A DNA stretch of 32,000 nt from the NCBI RefSeq assembly GCF_000025685.1, contig NC_013967.1:900001-932000 (forward strand), read 5' to 3'. Positions 1 to 6,797 of this stretch are shown in pieces. Position numbers and translations under genes: made by a program. Within the stretch, counting starts at the first letter, position 1, and every line of letters starts with the position of its first letter. The notes beneath the pieces are model-generated. The model was not told the origin of the DNA and did not search any database. It saw only the letters and a program-made list of their open reading frames with translations. Source of the stretch: Haloferax volcanii DS2 (lineage in GTDB: Archaea > Halobacteriota > Halobacteria > Halobacteriales > Haloferacaceae).

Positions 1-82
1 GGTCGTCGCCGACGACGGTTCGACAGGTTCGGACGAACGACTCGGCTCGCGATTCGGGGAGCAGTTGCGTCTCGAGTTCCAT
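1..82 (-). CDS. 5' end of a CDS that runs off the window (MELETQLLPESRAESFVRTCRTVVGDD...), function unknown
   Basis: ATG at 82 on the minus strand. GC-rich third positions in frame. AT-rich ATATTAT-like element at about 108-114, roughly 27 nt upstream. Only 27 codons are visible. Confidence 0.3.
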   Translation of the reverse strand, partial: MELETQLLPESRAESFVRTCRTVVGDD

Positions 83-171
83 CGTATATGTGTAATGGTA
101 TGCCATGACATAATATCATCGCTGGATGGGAGGACGGTAGGGTTTTGCGGCCGGAGTTCGACCGTCCGTGT

Positions 172-1632
172 ATGGTACGTCGCCTGATTCTCGGCTGCGG
201 GTCGCTCGGTGGGGGCCTCGTCGGGCAACTCGCCGGCCGCGGCGGGACGGTGACGGTCGTCACCGACCGACAGGGCCGCGCCGAGGACCTCCGCTCGGAC
301 GGCATCGCCGCGCGAGAGGGCGACCCCGCGGACCCGTCGACCTACCCCGACGAGGTGGACCTCGTCGTCGTCGGCGGCGGACAGTCGCCGCAGAGAAATC
401 TCGACGCGGCGCGCGCGGCCCGCGACCACTATCCGGACGCGCCGCTCGTCGTCTACCTCGGCGACGACGCCGACCCGTCGGTCCGCGCCGATATCTACGA
501 CCTCGCCGACGAGGTCATCGACCCGCGCCGAGTGGTCACAGAGCGCATCCTCGACGCCGTCGGCACGTCGCACACCGAGCGGCTGAACCGGCTGATGCGG
601 GTCCTTCGGAACGTCGACGGCAGGCTCGCGGTCGTGATGCACGACAACCCCGACCCCGACGCCATCGCCGCGGCGCTGGCGCTCCAAGCCATCGCCGAGC
701 GGGCGGGCGTCGACGCCGACGTGTGTTACTTCGGCGATATCTCTCACCAGGAGAACCGCGCGCTCGTGAACCTCCTCGAACTGGACCTCCGCGTCCTCGA
801 CGAGGTGCCCGCGGACGACGAGTACGCCGGCTTCGCGCTCGTCGACCACTCCCGGCCGGGCGTCAACGACCGCCTGCCGCCGGAGACGACCATCGACGTC
901 GTCATCGACCACCACCCGCCGCGCGCGCCGGTCGAGGCGGCGTACGTCGACCTCAGACGCGGCGTCGGCGCGACGAGCACGCTGCTGGCGGAGTATCTCG
1001 AACGGCTCGGTATCGTCCCCGATACGACGGTGGCGACCGCGCTGTTGTTCGGGATTCAGGTCGACACCAACGACTTCACGCGGGAGGTGTCGACCGCCGA
1101 CTTCGAGGCCGCCGCCTTCCTCATCCCGCACGTCGACGTGGACCTGCTCGAACGGGTCGAGACGCCGAGTCTGACCTCCGAGACGATGGAGACGCTCGCG
1201 CGCGCCGTCTCGAACCGCGACGTTCGGGGGAACGTCCTCACGACGAACGTCGGTGACATCCGCGAGCGGGACGCGCTCGCGCAGGCGGCCGACCACCTCC
1301 TCGGGATGGAGGGCGTCGAGGTGACGGTCGTCTACGGCCTGATGGACGGGACGGTCTACGTCTCCGGTCGCGCCCGCGGGGCGCGGGTCGACCTCGGTGA
1401 GGCGTTCCGGGAGGCGCTCGGCTCTATCGGGAGCGCCGGCGGCCACGCCGACATGGCGGGCGCACAGATTCCGCTCGGCATCCTCGACGACGTGGGCGAC
1501 GACTCTCGGGAGTCGCTCGCGACCATCGTCACCGACATCGTCGCCGGACGGGTGTTCGAGACGCTCGAACACGCGACGCCGACGCCGAGTCTGGACACCG
1601 ACGTGGCCTTCGAGTACCCGTTAGATGAGTGA
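172..1632 (+). CDS. DHH/DHHA1 family phosphoesterase (NrnA-like) with an N-terminal RCK/TrkA-N-type Rossmann domain
   Basis: Track ORF 145..1632. GxGxxG motif (ILGCGSLGGGLVG) at the N-terminus. DHH motifs MHDNPDPD, LVDHS and VIDHHPP. DHHA1 GGH motif (SAGGHADMAG). The ATG at 172 is preferred over the TTG at 145 because the Rossmann beta1 strand starts immediately after it. Confidence 0.9.
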   Translation: MVRRLILGCGSLGGGLVGQLAGRGGTVTVVTDRQGRAEDLRSDGIAAREGDPADPSTYPDEVDLVVVGGGQSPQRNLDAARAARDHYPDAPLVVYLGDDADPSVRADIYDLADEVIDPRRVVTERILDAVGTSHTERLNRLMRVLRNVDGRLAVVMHDNPDPDAIAAALALQAIAERAGVDADVCYFGDISHQENRALVNLLELDLRVLDEVPADDEYAGFALVDHSRPGVNDRLPPETTIDVVIDHHPPRAPVEAAYVDLRRGVGATSTLLAEYLERLGIVPDTTVATALLFGIQVDTNDFTREVSTADFEAAAFLIPHVDVDLLERVETPSLTSETMETLARAVSNRDVRGNVLTTNVGDIRERDALAQAADHLLGMEGVEVTVVYGLMDGTVYVSGRARGARVDLGEAFREALGSIGSAGGHADMAGAQIPLGILDDVGDDSRESLATIVTDIVAGRVFETLEHATPTPSLDTDVAFEYPLDE

Positions 1633-1675
1633 GCGCCCACACGTTTTTGCCGACGGTGGCCCTATCAGGTGGGAG

Positions 1676-2458
1676 ATGACTACTAAAGCGACCGTCAAGG
1701 AGTACATGACGCGCGAGGTCCAGACCGTCTCTCCGACCGACACGGTCGCGGACGTCGCCCAACGCATCGCGGAGAGCGACGGACACAACGGGTTCCCCGT
1801 CTGCGACGGACGCAAGGCCGAGGGCTTCGTCACGGCCCGCGATATCCTCCTGTCGGCGGACGACGCGCCCATCGAGACGGTGATGGCGACGGACCTCGTC
1901 GTCGCTCATCCCGAGATGGACGTGAACGACGCCGCCCGCGTCATCCTCCGGTCGGGCATCCAGAAGCTCCCGGTCGTCGACGACGCGGGCAACCTCGTCG
2001 GCATCATCTCGAACACCGACGTCATCCGGAGCCAAATCGAGCGCGCGACGCCGGAGAAAGTGGGCAAACTCATGCGGACGCTCGAACAGATTCACGGCAT
2101 CACGGTCCATCAAGAGCGCCGCACGGTCTCGCTTTCGAACCTCATTCCCACGCAGGCCCGCGTCTACGCCGACGAACTCAACGGTCGCCGGTACGAACTC
2201 GAACGCGGCCTCGCGGAGCCGCTCGTCGTCATCGACAACAACGGGACGCTGCTCCTCGCGGACGGCCACCACCGCGTCCTCGCGGCCGACCGCATCGGCA
2301 TCGAGGAGATGGACGCCTACGTCATCGTCGTCGACGACCCCGTCGAACTCGGGATGCAGCGGACCGCCGAAAAGGAGGGCCTCAGTTCCATCTCGGACAT
2401 CGACATCGTCGACTACGCCCGACACCCGCTTGTCGAGACGACCCGCCGACTCCAGTAG
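1676..2458 (+). CDS. Tandem CBS domain protein fused to a ParB/sulfiredoxin-like (ParB N-terminal/nuclease-like) domain
   Basis: Track ORF 1625..2458. CBS pair (VKEYMTREVQTVSP..., VMATDLVVAHPEM...KLPVVDDAGNLVGIISNTDV). C-terminal IPTQ...LLLADGHHRVLAA matches the ParB/Srx DGxHR core. The internal ATG at 1676 has a T5 TATA-like tract (1643-1648) about 30 nt upstream. Confidence 0.85.
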   Translation: MTTKATVKEYMTREVQTVSPTDTVADVAQRIAESDGHNGFPVCDGRKAEGFVTARDILLSADDAPIETVMATDLVVAHPEMDVNDAARVILRSGIQKLPVVDDAGNLVGIISNTDVIRSQIERATPEKVGKLMRTLEQIHGITVHQERRTVSLSNLIPTQARVYADELNGRRYELERGLAEPLVVIDNNGTLLLADGHHRVLAADRIGIEEMDAYVIVVDDPVELGMQRTAEKEGLSSISDIDIVDYARHPLVETTRRLQ

Positions 2459-2465
2459 CCCGGCG

Positions 2466-2693
2466 TCAGCCGTCCACGTCGTACTCGGCTTTCCACGCGT
2501 CGACGGTCTCGCGCGCCTCGGCTTCCGACTCGAACCGCTCGCCCTCGTAGCCGCGGCCCTCGGCGGACTGGTAGAGCCGGTCGACTCTGACGTGCCACGC
2601 GTTCGGCCCGCGTCGGAGCCGAATGGTCGCGTGACCGTCGCTCCGCTCCCACTCCACGATGCGGTCGTCCCGACGGACTTCCGTCCAGCTCAT
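2466..2693 (-). CDS. Small conserved-looking hypothetical protein (75 aa)
   Basis: ATG start, high GC3 and an acidic haloarchaeal-type composition (MSWTEVRRDDRIVEWERSDGH...). It lies 30 nt downstream of the zinc-finger gene on the same strand and has no AT-rich promoter of its own, so it is probably co-transcribed. Confidence 0.6.
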   Translation of the reverse strand: MSWTEVRRDDRIVEWERSDGHATIRLRRGPNAWHVRVDRLYQSAEGRGYEGERFESEAEARETVDAWKAEYDVDG

Positions 2694-2723
2694 ACCGGTG
2701 AGTGGCCGCGAAGCCCGAAGTGT

Positions 2724-2894
2724 CTACCCATCCACCGGCGTCGAGGCGTCGGCCATCGCCGCGGCCGCCGGGCGCGTCTCCGCACCGCACCCCGGACAGA
2801 CCGCGTACCCGAGTCGGTCGTAGGGCACCTCCGGCGACGGGCGCTCCAGCCCACACTCCTCGCACGTGAAGTACGAGACCCATTCGAAGGACAT
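2724..2894 (-). CDS. Small zinc-ribbon protein (CPxCG-related zinc finger, 56 aa)
   Basis: Two Cys pairs, CEEC and CPGCG, are spaced for a zinc ribbon. The ATG at 2894 is preferred over the TTG at 2915 because TTAATTAA (2920-2927) lies about 27-30 nt upstream of 2894. Confidence 0.65.
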   Translation of the reverse strand: MSFEWVSYFTCEECGLERPSPEVPYDRLGYAVCPGCGAETRPAAAAMADASTPVDG

Positions 2895-2896
2895 AC

Positions 2897-2914
2897 TGAC
2901 ACGCAGGCGTGTCA
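2897..2914. promoter_or_regulatory. Perfect inverted repeat TGACACGC-AG-GCGTGTCA, a candidate operator
   Basis: 8-bp arms with a 2-nt spacer, read directly. It sits between the TATA-like TTAATTAA and the ATG of the zinc-finger gene, in the divergent region shared with the MFS gene. Confidence 0.45.
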
Positions 2915-2919
2915 ACGTA

Positions 2920-2927
2920 TTAATTAA
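2920..2927. promoter_or_regulatory. Palindromic TATA-like box TTAATTAA
   Basis: This is the only AT-rich octamer in the 2895-2995 spacer. It is about 27-30 nt from ATG 2894 on the minus strand, which fits leaderless geometry. Confidence 0.45.
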
Positions 2928-2995
2928 TCACCGCTTACTGTCCGAGACGGACGGTATCGGTGTGGTTATTCCACGCCGCGCCAACGGAGGAGACG

Positions 2996-4309
2996 ATGAC
3001 AGTCGAGAACCCGCGGCGGGCGCTCGGGGTGGTGTTTCTCATCGTCTTCGTCGACCTCCTCGGGTTCGGTATCCTCATCCCGGTGATTCCGCTGTACGCC
3101 CTCTCGTTCGGCGCGACAGAGTTCGTCGGGAGCCTGCTCATCGCCTCCTACTCGGCGATGCAGTTCCTCGCCGCGCCGCTTTTGGGTCGCCTCTCGGACT
3201 CCCGCGGTCGGCGGCCCGTGCTGCTCCTGTCGCTCACGGGGAGCGTTCTGGCGTGGCTCCTGTTCGGCGTCGCCGGGTCGCTCGCGGTGTTGTTCGCCGC
3301 GCGGATGCTCGCGGGCGCGATGGGCGGCAACATCGCCACGGCGCAGGCGTACATCGCCGACATCACCGCCGCGGACGACCGGGCGAAGGGGCTCGGCCTC
3401 CTCGGGGCCGCCTTCGGCCTCGGCTTCGTGTTCGGCCCCGCGCTCGGCGGCTTCTTCGCCAGCGAATCGGTCATCACGGCCGTGCGGGGCGTGTTGCCCG
3501 CGTTCGTCCCCGTCTCGGAGTTCTCGCTGCCGAGTTTCGCCGCCGCGGTCATCACCGGGACGAACCTCGTCGTCGCCTTTTTGATCCTGCCCGAGTCGCG
3601 GCCACCGGATGCGCACGAGACGCCGGCCTCGACCGAGCCCCGCGAGTCTCGCGTCCAACAGCTCCTCTCGGCGCTCCGGTCGCCCGGACTGGGCACGCTC
3701 GTCGCCTCCTTTTTCCTCGTCTCCTTCGCCTTCTCGGCGCTCGAAAGCCAGTTCATCTTCCTCACCAACGACCAGTACGGCTACGGCGCGACCGAGAACG
3801 CGGTGCTTCTCACCTACGTCGGCGTCGTCCTCGCGGTCGTCCAGGGCGGCCTCGTCGGCCCGCTCACCGACCGCTTCGGGGAGTACCGACTGGCGGTCGG
3901 CGGCGCGGCGATTCAGGTGCTCACGCTCGCGGCCGTCCCCTTCTCACCGCAACTGGGCGCGTTCGTCCCCGACCTCGGTGCGCTCTTGCCTGTCGGTCCC
4001 GTCCTCCCGGCGGGCGTGCTCGCGTTGCTCGTCGTGATGACGCCGCTGTCGTTCGGAAACGCGCTCACGAACGTCTCTCTGAACACGCTCGTCTCCCGCT
4101 CGGCGACGGACGACGAGCAGGGCGGCGCGTTCGGTCTCACTCAGAGCGCCGGAAGCCTCGCCCGGACGTTCGGGCCGGCGCTGGCCGGCGGGCTCTACAC
4201 CGGTGTCGCGTTCTGGACACCGTTCGTCGTCGGCGGCGCGCTGCTGGTTCCGATTCTCGTGCTCCTCGGACGGCTGGACCGCGAGGCGGTCACGTCGACG
4301 GCGGGGTGA
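2996..4309 (+). CDS. MFS transporter (drug:H+ antiporter / TCR-Tet-like)
   Basis: Track ORF 2960..4309. About 12 predicted TM segments. MFS motif A (GRLSDSRGRRPVLL). The ATG at 2996 is preceded by GGAGG at 2986-2990. Confidence 0.9.
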   Translation: MTVENPRRALGVVFLIVFVDLLGFGILIPVIPLYALSFGATEFVGSLLIASYSAMQFLAAPLLGRLSDSRGRRPVLLLSLTGSVLAWLLFGVAGSLAVLFAARMLAGAMGGNIATAQAYIADITAADDRAKGLGLLGAAFGLGFVFGPALGGFFASESVITAVRGVLPAFVPVSEFSLPSFAAAVITGTNLVVAFLILPESRPPDAHETPASTEPRESRVQQLLSALRSPGLGTLVASFFLVSFAFSALESQFIFLTNDQYGYGATENAVLLTYVGVVLAVVQGGLVGPLTDRFGEYRLAVGGAAIQVLTLAAVPFSPQLGAFVPDLGALLPVGPVLPAGVLALLVVMTPLSFGNALTNVSLNTLVSRSATDDEQGGAFGLTQSAGSLARTFGPALAGGLYTGVAFWTPFVVGGALLVPILVLLGRLDREAVTSTAG

Positions 4310-4315
4310 AAAAAA
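4309..4315 (-). terminator. T7 tract on the minus strand downstream of the 4367..5404 gene
   Basis: A7 on the plus strand (4309-4315) reads as T7 on the minus strand, about 52 nt after the minus-strand stop. Archaeal termination typically uses oligo-T tracts. Confidence 0.35.
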
Positions 4316-4366
4316 GGAACCCAGGTCGGTGGGCGGGCCCGAAGTCGGTGAACGAGTCGCCGTAGT

Positions 4367-5404
4367 TCAGGCGGGCGTCGGGCCGTCCGGGGCCGACGAG
4401 TCGTCGTCGGACCGGAACTGCGAGACGAGGTCGAGCGAGTCGTCGGCGCTGCCGAGCAAGAACAGCGAGTAGTACCGGAAGTACGTCACGACGGGCATCT
4501 GGACGACCGCGCCGACCGCGATGGCCGCGAGGACGAACAGCACGCCGAGCGCGCCGAAGACGACCAGGCCGACCGTCGAGAACAGCGCGACGTTCGCGGC
4601 GTTGAGCGCGAGGAACGCCGCGCCGCCGACGATGGCGAAGGGGATGGCGACGACGAGCACGGCGAGGAGCGCCGCGATGCCGACAGCGATGCTCGCGAGG
4701 ATACCGAGGATGAACCGGACGATGACGTACAGGCCGAACTCGGAGAGTTCGGCGCGGAACACCGGCACGACCCGTCCCCACGACGACAGGAGCGCGCGGT
4801 CTTCGGCTACCATCGTCGGAACGACGAAGTCGGTCGTCAACTGCATGACGATGGCGACGACGAGCAGTAGCGCGATGGCGAGGAAGACGAGCGGGATGGC
4901 GAGGAGGCCCACCGCGGGCGTGACCGCGACGGAACCGAGAAGCACCGCCGCGACCGGGAGCAGGATGACCGCGAGGACGGCGACGAACAGCCCGGCCTGA
5001 AAGCCGAACAGCCTGACGCCGAGCCAGAAGCGCTCGCGGAACGGCTTGCGGATGCGCACGTCTTTCGTGACGACGGCGTCCACGAGGACGAACTGCATCA
5101 CGGAGCCGACGAACATCCACACGAGCCAGAGGACGATACCGACCGCCACGAGCGCGATGACCGCGGCGAAGACGTTTTCGGGCGTCACGAACCCGGGTAG
5201 CGAATCGGTCGGGATGTCGGTCGAGCCGCCTCCGGTGCGGGTGGTCGTGCCGGTGTTGCTTCCGGCACCGCCGCTCCCGCCGAGACCACCGATGAAGAGG
5301 GCGATGAATGCGAGGCGCGCCCATCGACCCGCGTCGAACGGGAGGAGGAGCGACGTCGTGGCGTCACGAGCGTCGTCGAGGGCGTCGATTGCTTTCCAAC
5401 TCAT
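4367..5404 (-). CDS. Polytopic membrane protein of unknown function
   Basis: Track ORF 4367..5413. It has multiple long hydrophobic helices, a Gly/Thr-rich extracytoplasmic loop and an acidic C-terminal tail. ATG at 5404 (MSWKAIDAL...) has a CTTTAT element on the minus strand (5430-5435) about 28 nt upstream. Confidence 0.75.
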   Translation of the reverse strand: MSWKAIDALDDARDATTSLLLPFDAGRWARLAFIALFIGGLGGSGGAGSNTGTTTRTGGGSTDIPTDSLPGFVTPENVFAAVIALVAVGIVLWLVWMFVGSVMQFVLVDAVVTKDVRIRKPFRERFWLGVRLFGFQAGLFVAVLAVILLPVAAVLLGSVAVTPAVGLLAIPLVFLAIALLLVVAIVMQLTTDFVVPTMVAEDRALLSSWGRVVPVFRAELSEFGLYVIVRFILGILASIAVGIAALLAVLVVAIPFAIVGGAAFLALNAANVALFSTVGLVVFGALGVLFVLAAIAVGAVVQMPVVTYFRYYSLFLLGSADDSLDLVSQFRSDDDSSAPDGPTPA

Positions 5405-5508
5405 GGCCGACAATGCGACGCCCCGCGAGATAAAGCTGTTCGAGCGCTAAGGTGTCTCTCGCACGCCGGCCGCTTCGGACCGCTCTGGAGCGCGTTGGAC
5501 CGCTCGGA

Positions 5509-5557
5509 CTCGGCCCCGGAGTGCACGCCCGCAAGAGGTTCACACCGCGGGGCCGAG
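5509..5557. repeat. Perfect 10-bp inverted repeat CTCGGCCCCG ... CGGGGCCGAG with a 29-nt loop
   Basis: Arms at 5509-5518 and 5548-5557, read directly. It lies in the GC-rich 5405-5598 non-coding spacer upstream of the CNNM gene. Confidence 0.5.
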
Positions 5558-5598
5558 CCGACACCCTCAGGGGAGTCCGGTTCGAACGCTCGCGGTAC

Positions 5599-6702
5599 AT
5601 GGTAGGTGTCGAAACCGCGCTTCGCCTCGGCGGCGGTCTGGTGTTGTTGCTCGCGAACGCCTTCTTCGTCGTCTCCGAGTTCGCGATGACGCGCGTCCCG
5701 CAGTTCGACGAGTCCGCTTTCGAGGGCTCCCGCGGGCTCGAACTCGCGTGGGAGATGACGGAGCGACTCGAAGTGTATCTCTCGGGCTGTCAGGTCGGGA
5801 TTACCATCGCCAGCGTCGGCCTCGGCGTCGTCGCTGAACCCGCGGTCGCGGCCACGTTCGACGCGGTCCTCGGCGGCGGCGGGGCGGCGGGCTCCCACAC
5901 GTCGCTTTCGGTCGGACTGGCGCTCGTCGTCATCAACCTCTCGCACGTCGTCCTCGGCGAGCAGGTGCCGACGTACCTCGGCGTCGAGCGCTCCCGCGCG
6001 GTGGCGAAGTACACCGCGCCCGTCCTCTACGGCTGGACGAAGCTGATGTACCCGGTCATCGTCGTCGCCGACTGGCTGGCGAAACGCCTGCTGTCGCTCG
6101 TCGGCGTCGAGATAACCCGCTCGTGGCAGGAAGCCGAACTCGACGACGAGGACGGCGACGGCTCCGCGGGTGAGGGCACCCGGCTCACGCGCGGCGAGGT
6201 CCGCAGCCAGATGGGGGACGTGCTCTCACAGGGTTCGCTCCCCGAGGACCGCCGCGAGGAAGTGCTCAACGCGCTCCGAATCGGTGAGTTGCCCGTCCGC
6301 GACGTGATGGTCCCCGCCGACCACGTCGTCGCGCTCTCGGCCGACGCGACCACCGACGAGAGCCTCGAACGCGTCCGGTCGAACCCCCAGCACTCGCGGT
6401 TCCCGCTCGTCGGGGACTCGCTGGACGACGTGCGGGGCGTCGTCTACGCGCCGACGGTGCTCTCGAACATCGACCGCCTCCAGTCGGGCGACCGCCGCCT
6501 CGACGACATCGCCGCGCCCCCGCTTTCGGTCCCCTCGGACCTCTCGGTCAGCGACCTCATCGACCGCTTTCAGGAGGAGAATCAGGAACTCGCCATGGTC
6601 CGCGACCCCGAAAGCGGCTCCGTGGTCGGCCTCGTGACCGCCTCCGACGCCTTCGAATCCATCACCGGCCAGCTCTACGACCCGCTGGACCTCGGGGCGT
6701 AG
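5599..6702 (+). CDS. CNNM/CorB-type (HlyC/CorC family) transporter with DUF21 membrane domain plus CBS pair
   Basis: Track ORF 5452..6702. The first 49 residues of that ORF are Arg-rich and unlike the rest of the proteome. From ATG 5599 the protein has the DUF21 pattern (LLLANAFFVVSEFAMTRV, QVGITIASVGLG) followed by two CBS motifs. No CorC_HlyC C-terminal domain is apparent. Confidence 0.88.
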   Translation: MVGVETALRLGGGLVLLLANAFFVVSEFAMTRVPQFDESAFEGSRGLELAWEMTERLEVYLSGCQVGITIASVGLGVVAEPAVAATFDAVLGGGGAAGSHTSLSVGLALVVINLSHVVLGEQVPTYLGVERSRAVAKYTAPVLYGWTKLMYPVIVVADWLAKRLLSLVGVEITRSWQEAELDDEDGDGSAGEGTRLTRGEVRSQMGDVLSQGSLPEDRREEVLNALRIGELPVRDVMVPADHVVALSADATTDESLERVRSNPQHSRFPLVGDSLDDVRGVVYAPTVLSNIDRLQSGDRRLDDIAAPPLSVPSDLSVSDLIDRFQEENQELAMVRDPESGSVVGLVTASDAFESITGQLYDPLDLGA

Positions 6703-6797
6703 GACGCCCGCGGACCGGGGTGGGCCGGCCGGTGGTCCGCGACCCGCCGCGCTCGCGGACCGCCCACGCTTTTCCCCCGGCGCTCGTATCGACTCGC

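Noticed and set aside
168-1256. 362-aa ORF in an alternative frame overlapping the DHH gene
   Set aside because: It has an extremely Arg/Pro/Gly-rich composition and no recognisable motifs. This is the typical out-of-frame artefact of high-GC coding DNA, and the DHH frame explains the region.
1529-2425. 298-aa antisense ORF opposite the CBS-ParB gene
   Set aside because: It is a shadow ORF on the opposite strand of a well-supported gene, with low-complexity D/V/R-rich translation and no motifs.
2866-4365. 499-aa ORF (and the 2966..3658 and 3148..3768 minus-strand ORFs) overlapping the MFS transporter
   Set aside because: These are Arg-rich nonsense translations. The MFS frame has clear TM periodicity and motif A.
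4290-5324. 344-aa ORF in an alternative minus-strand frame of the membrane protein gene
   Set aside because: The translation is about one third Arg, which is not protein-like for a halophile. The co-located frame encodes coherent TM helices.
5570-5592. tRNA-like GGTTCGAA (T-loop-like) string upstream of the CNNM gene
   Set aside because: The flanking bases do not form a T-stem, and no acceptor, D or anticodon arms can be drawn. No tRNA is supported here or elsewhere in the window.
5452-5598. N-terminal 49-codon extension of the CNNM ORF (GTG 5452)
   Set aside because: The extension is strongly basic (R-rich), unlike the acidic proteome. The DUF21 domain begins right after ATG 5599, so the region is treated as non-coding (see findings).
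5477-6761. GGACCGC-type core recurring on both sides of the CNNM gene (5477, 5497, 6712, 6734 reverse complement, 6757) as a possible mobile-element or terminal-repeat signature
   Set aside because: The common core is only 6-7 nt in GC-rich DNA. There is no transposase, no target-site duplication and no compositional break, so the local repeats are reported separately as possible regulatory structures.
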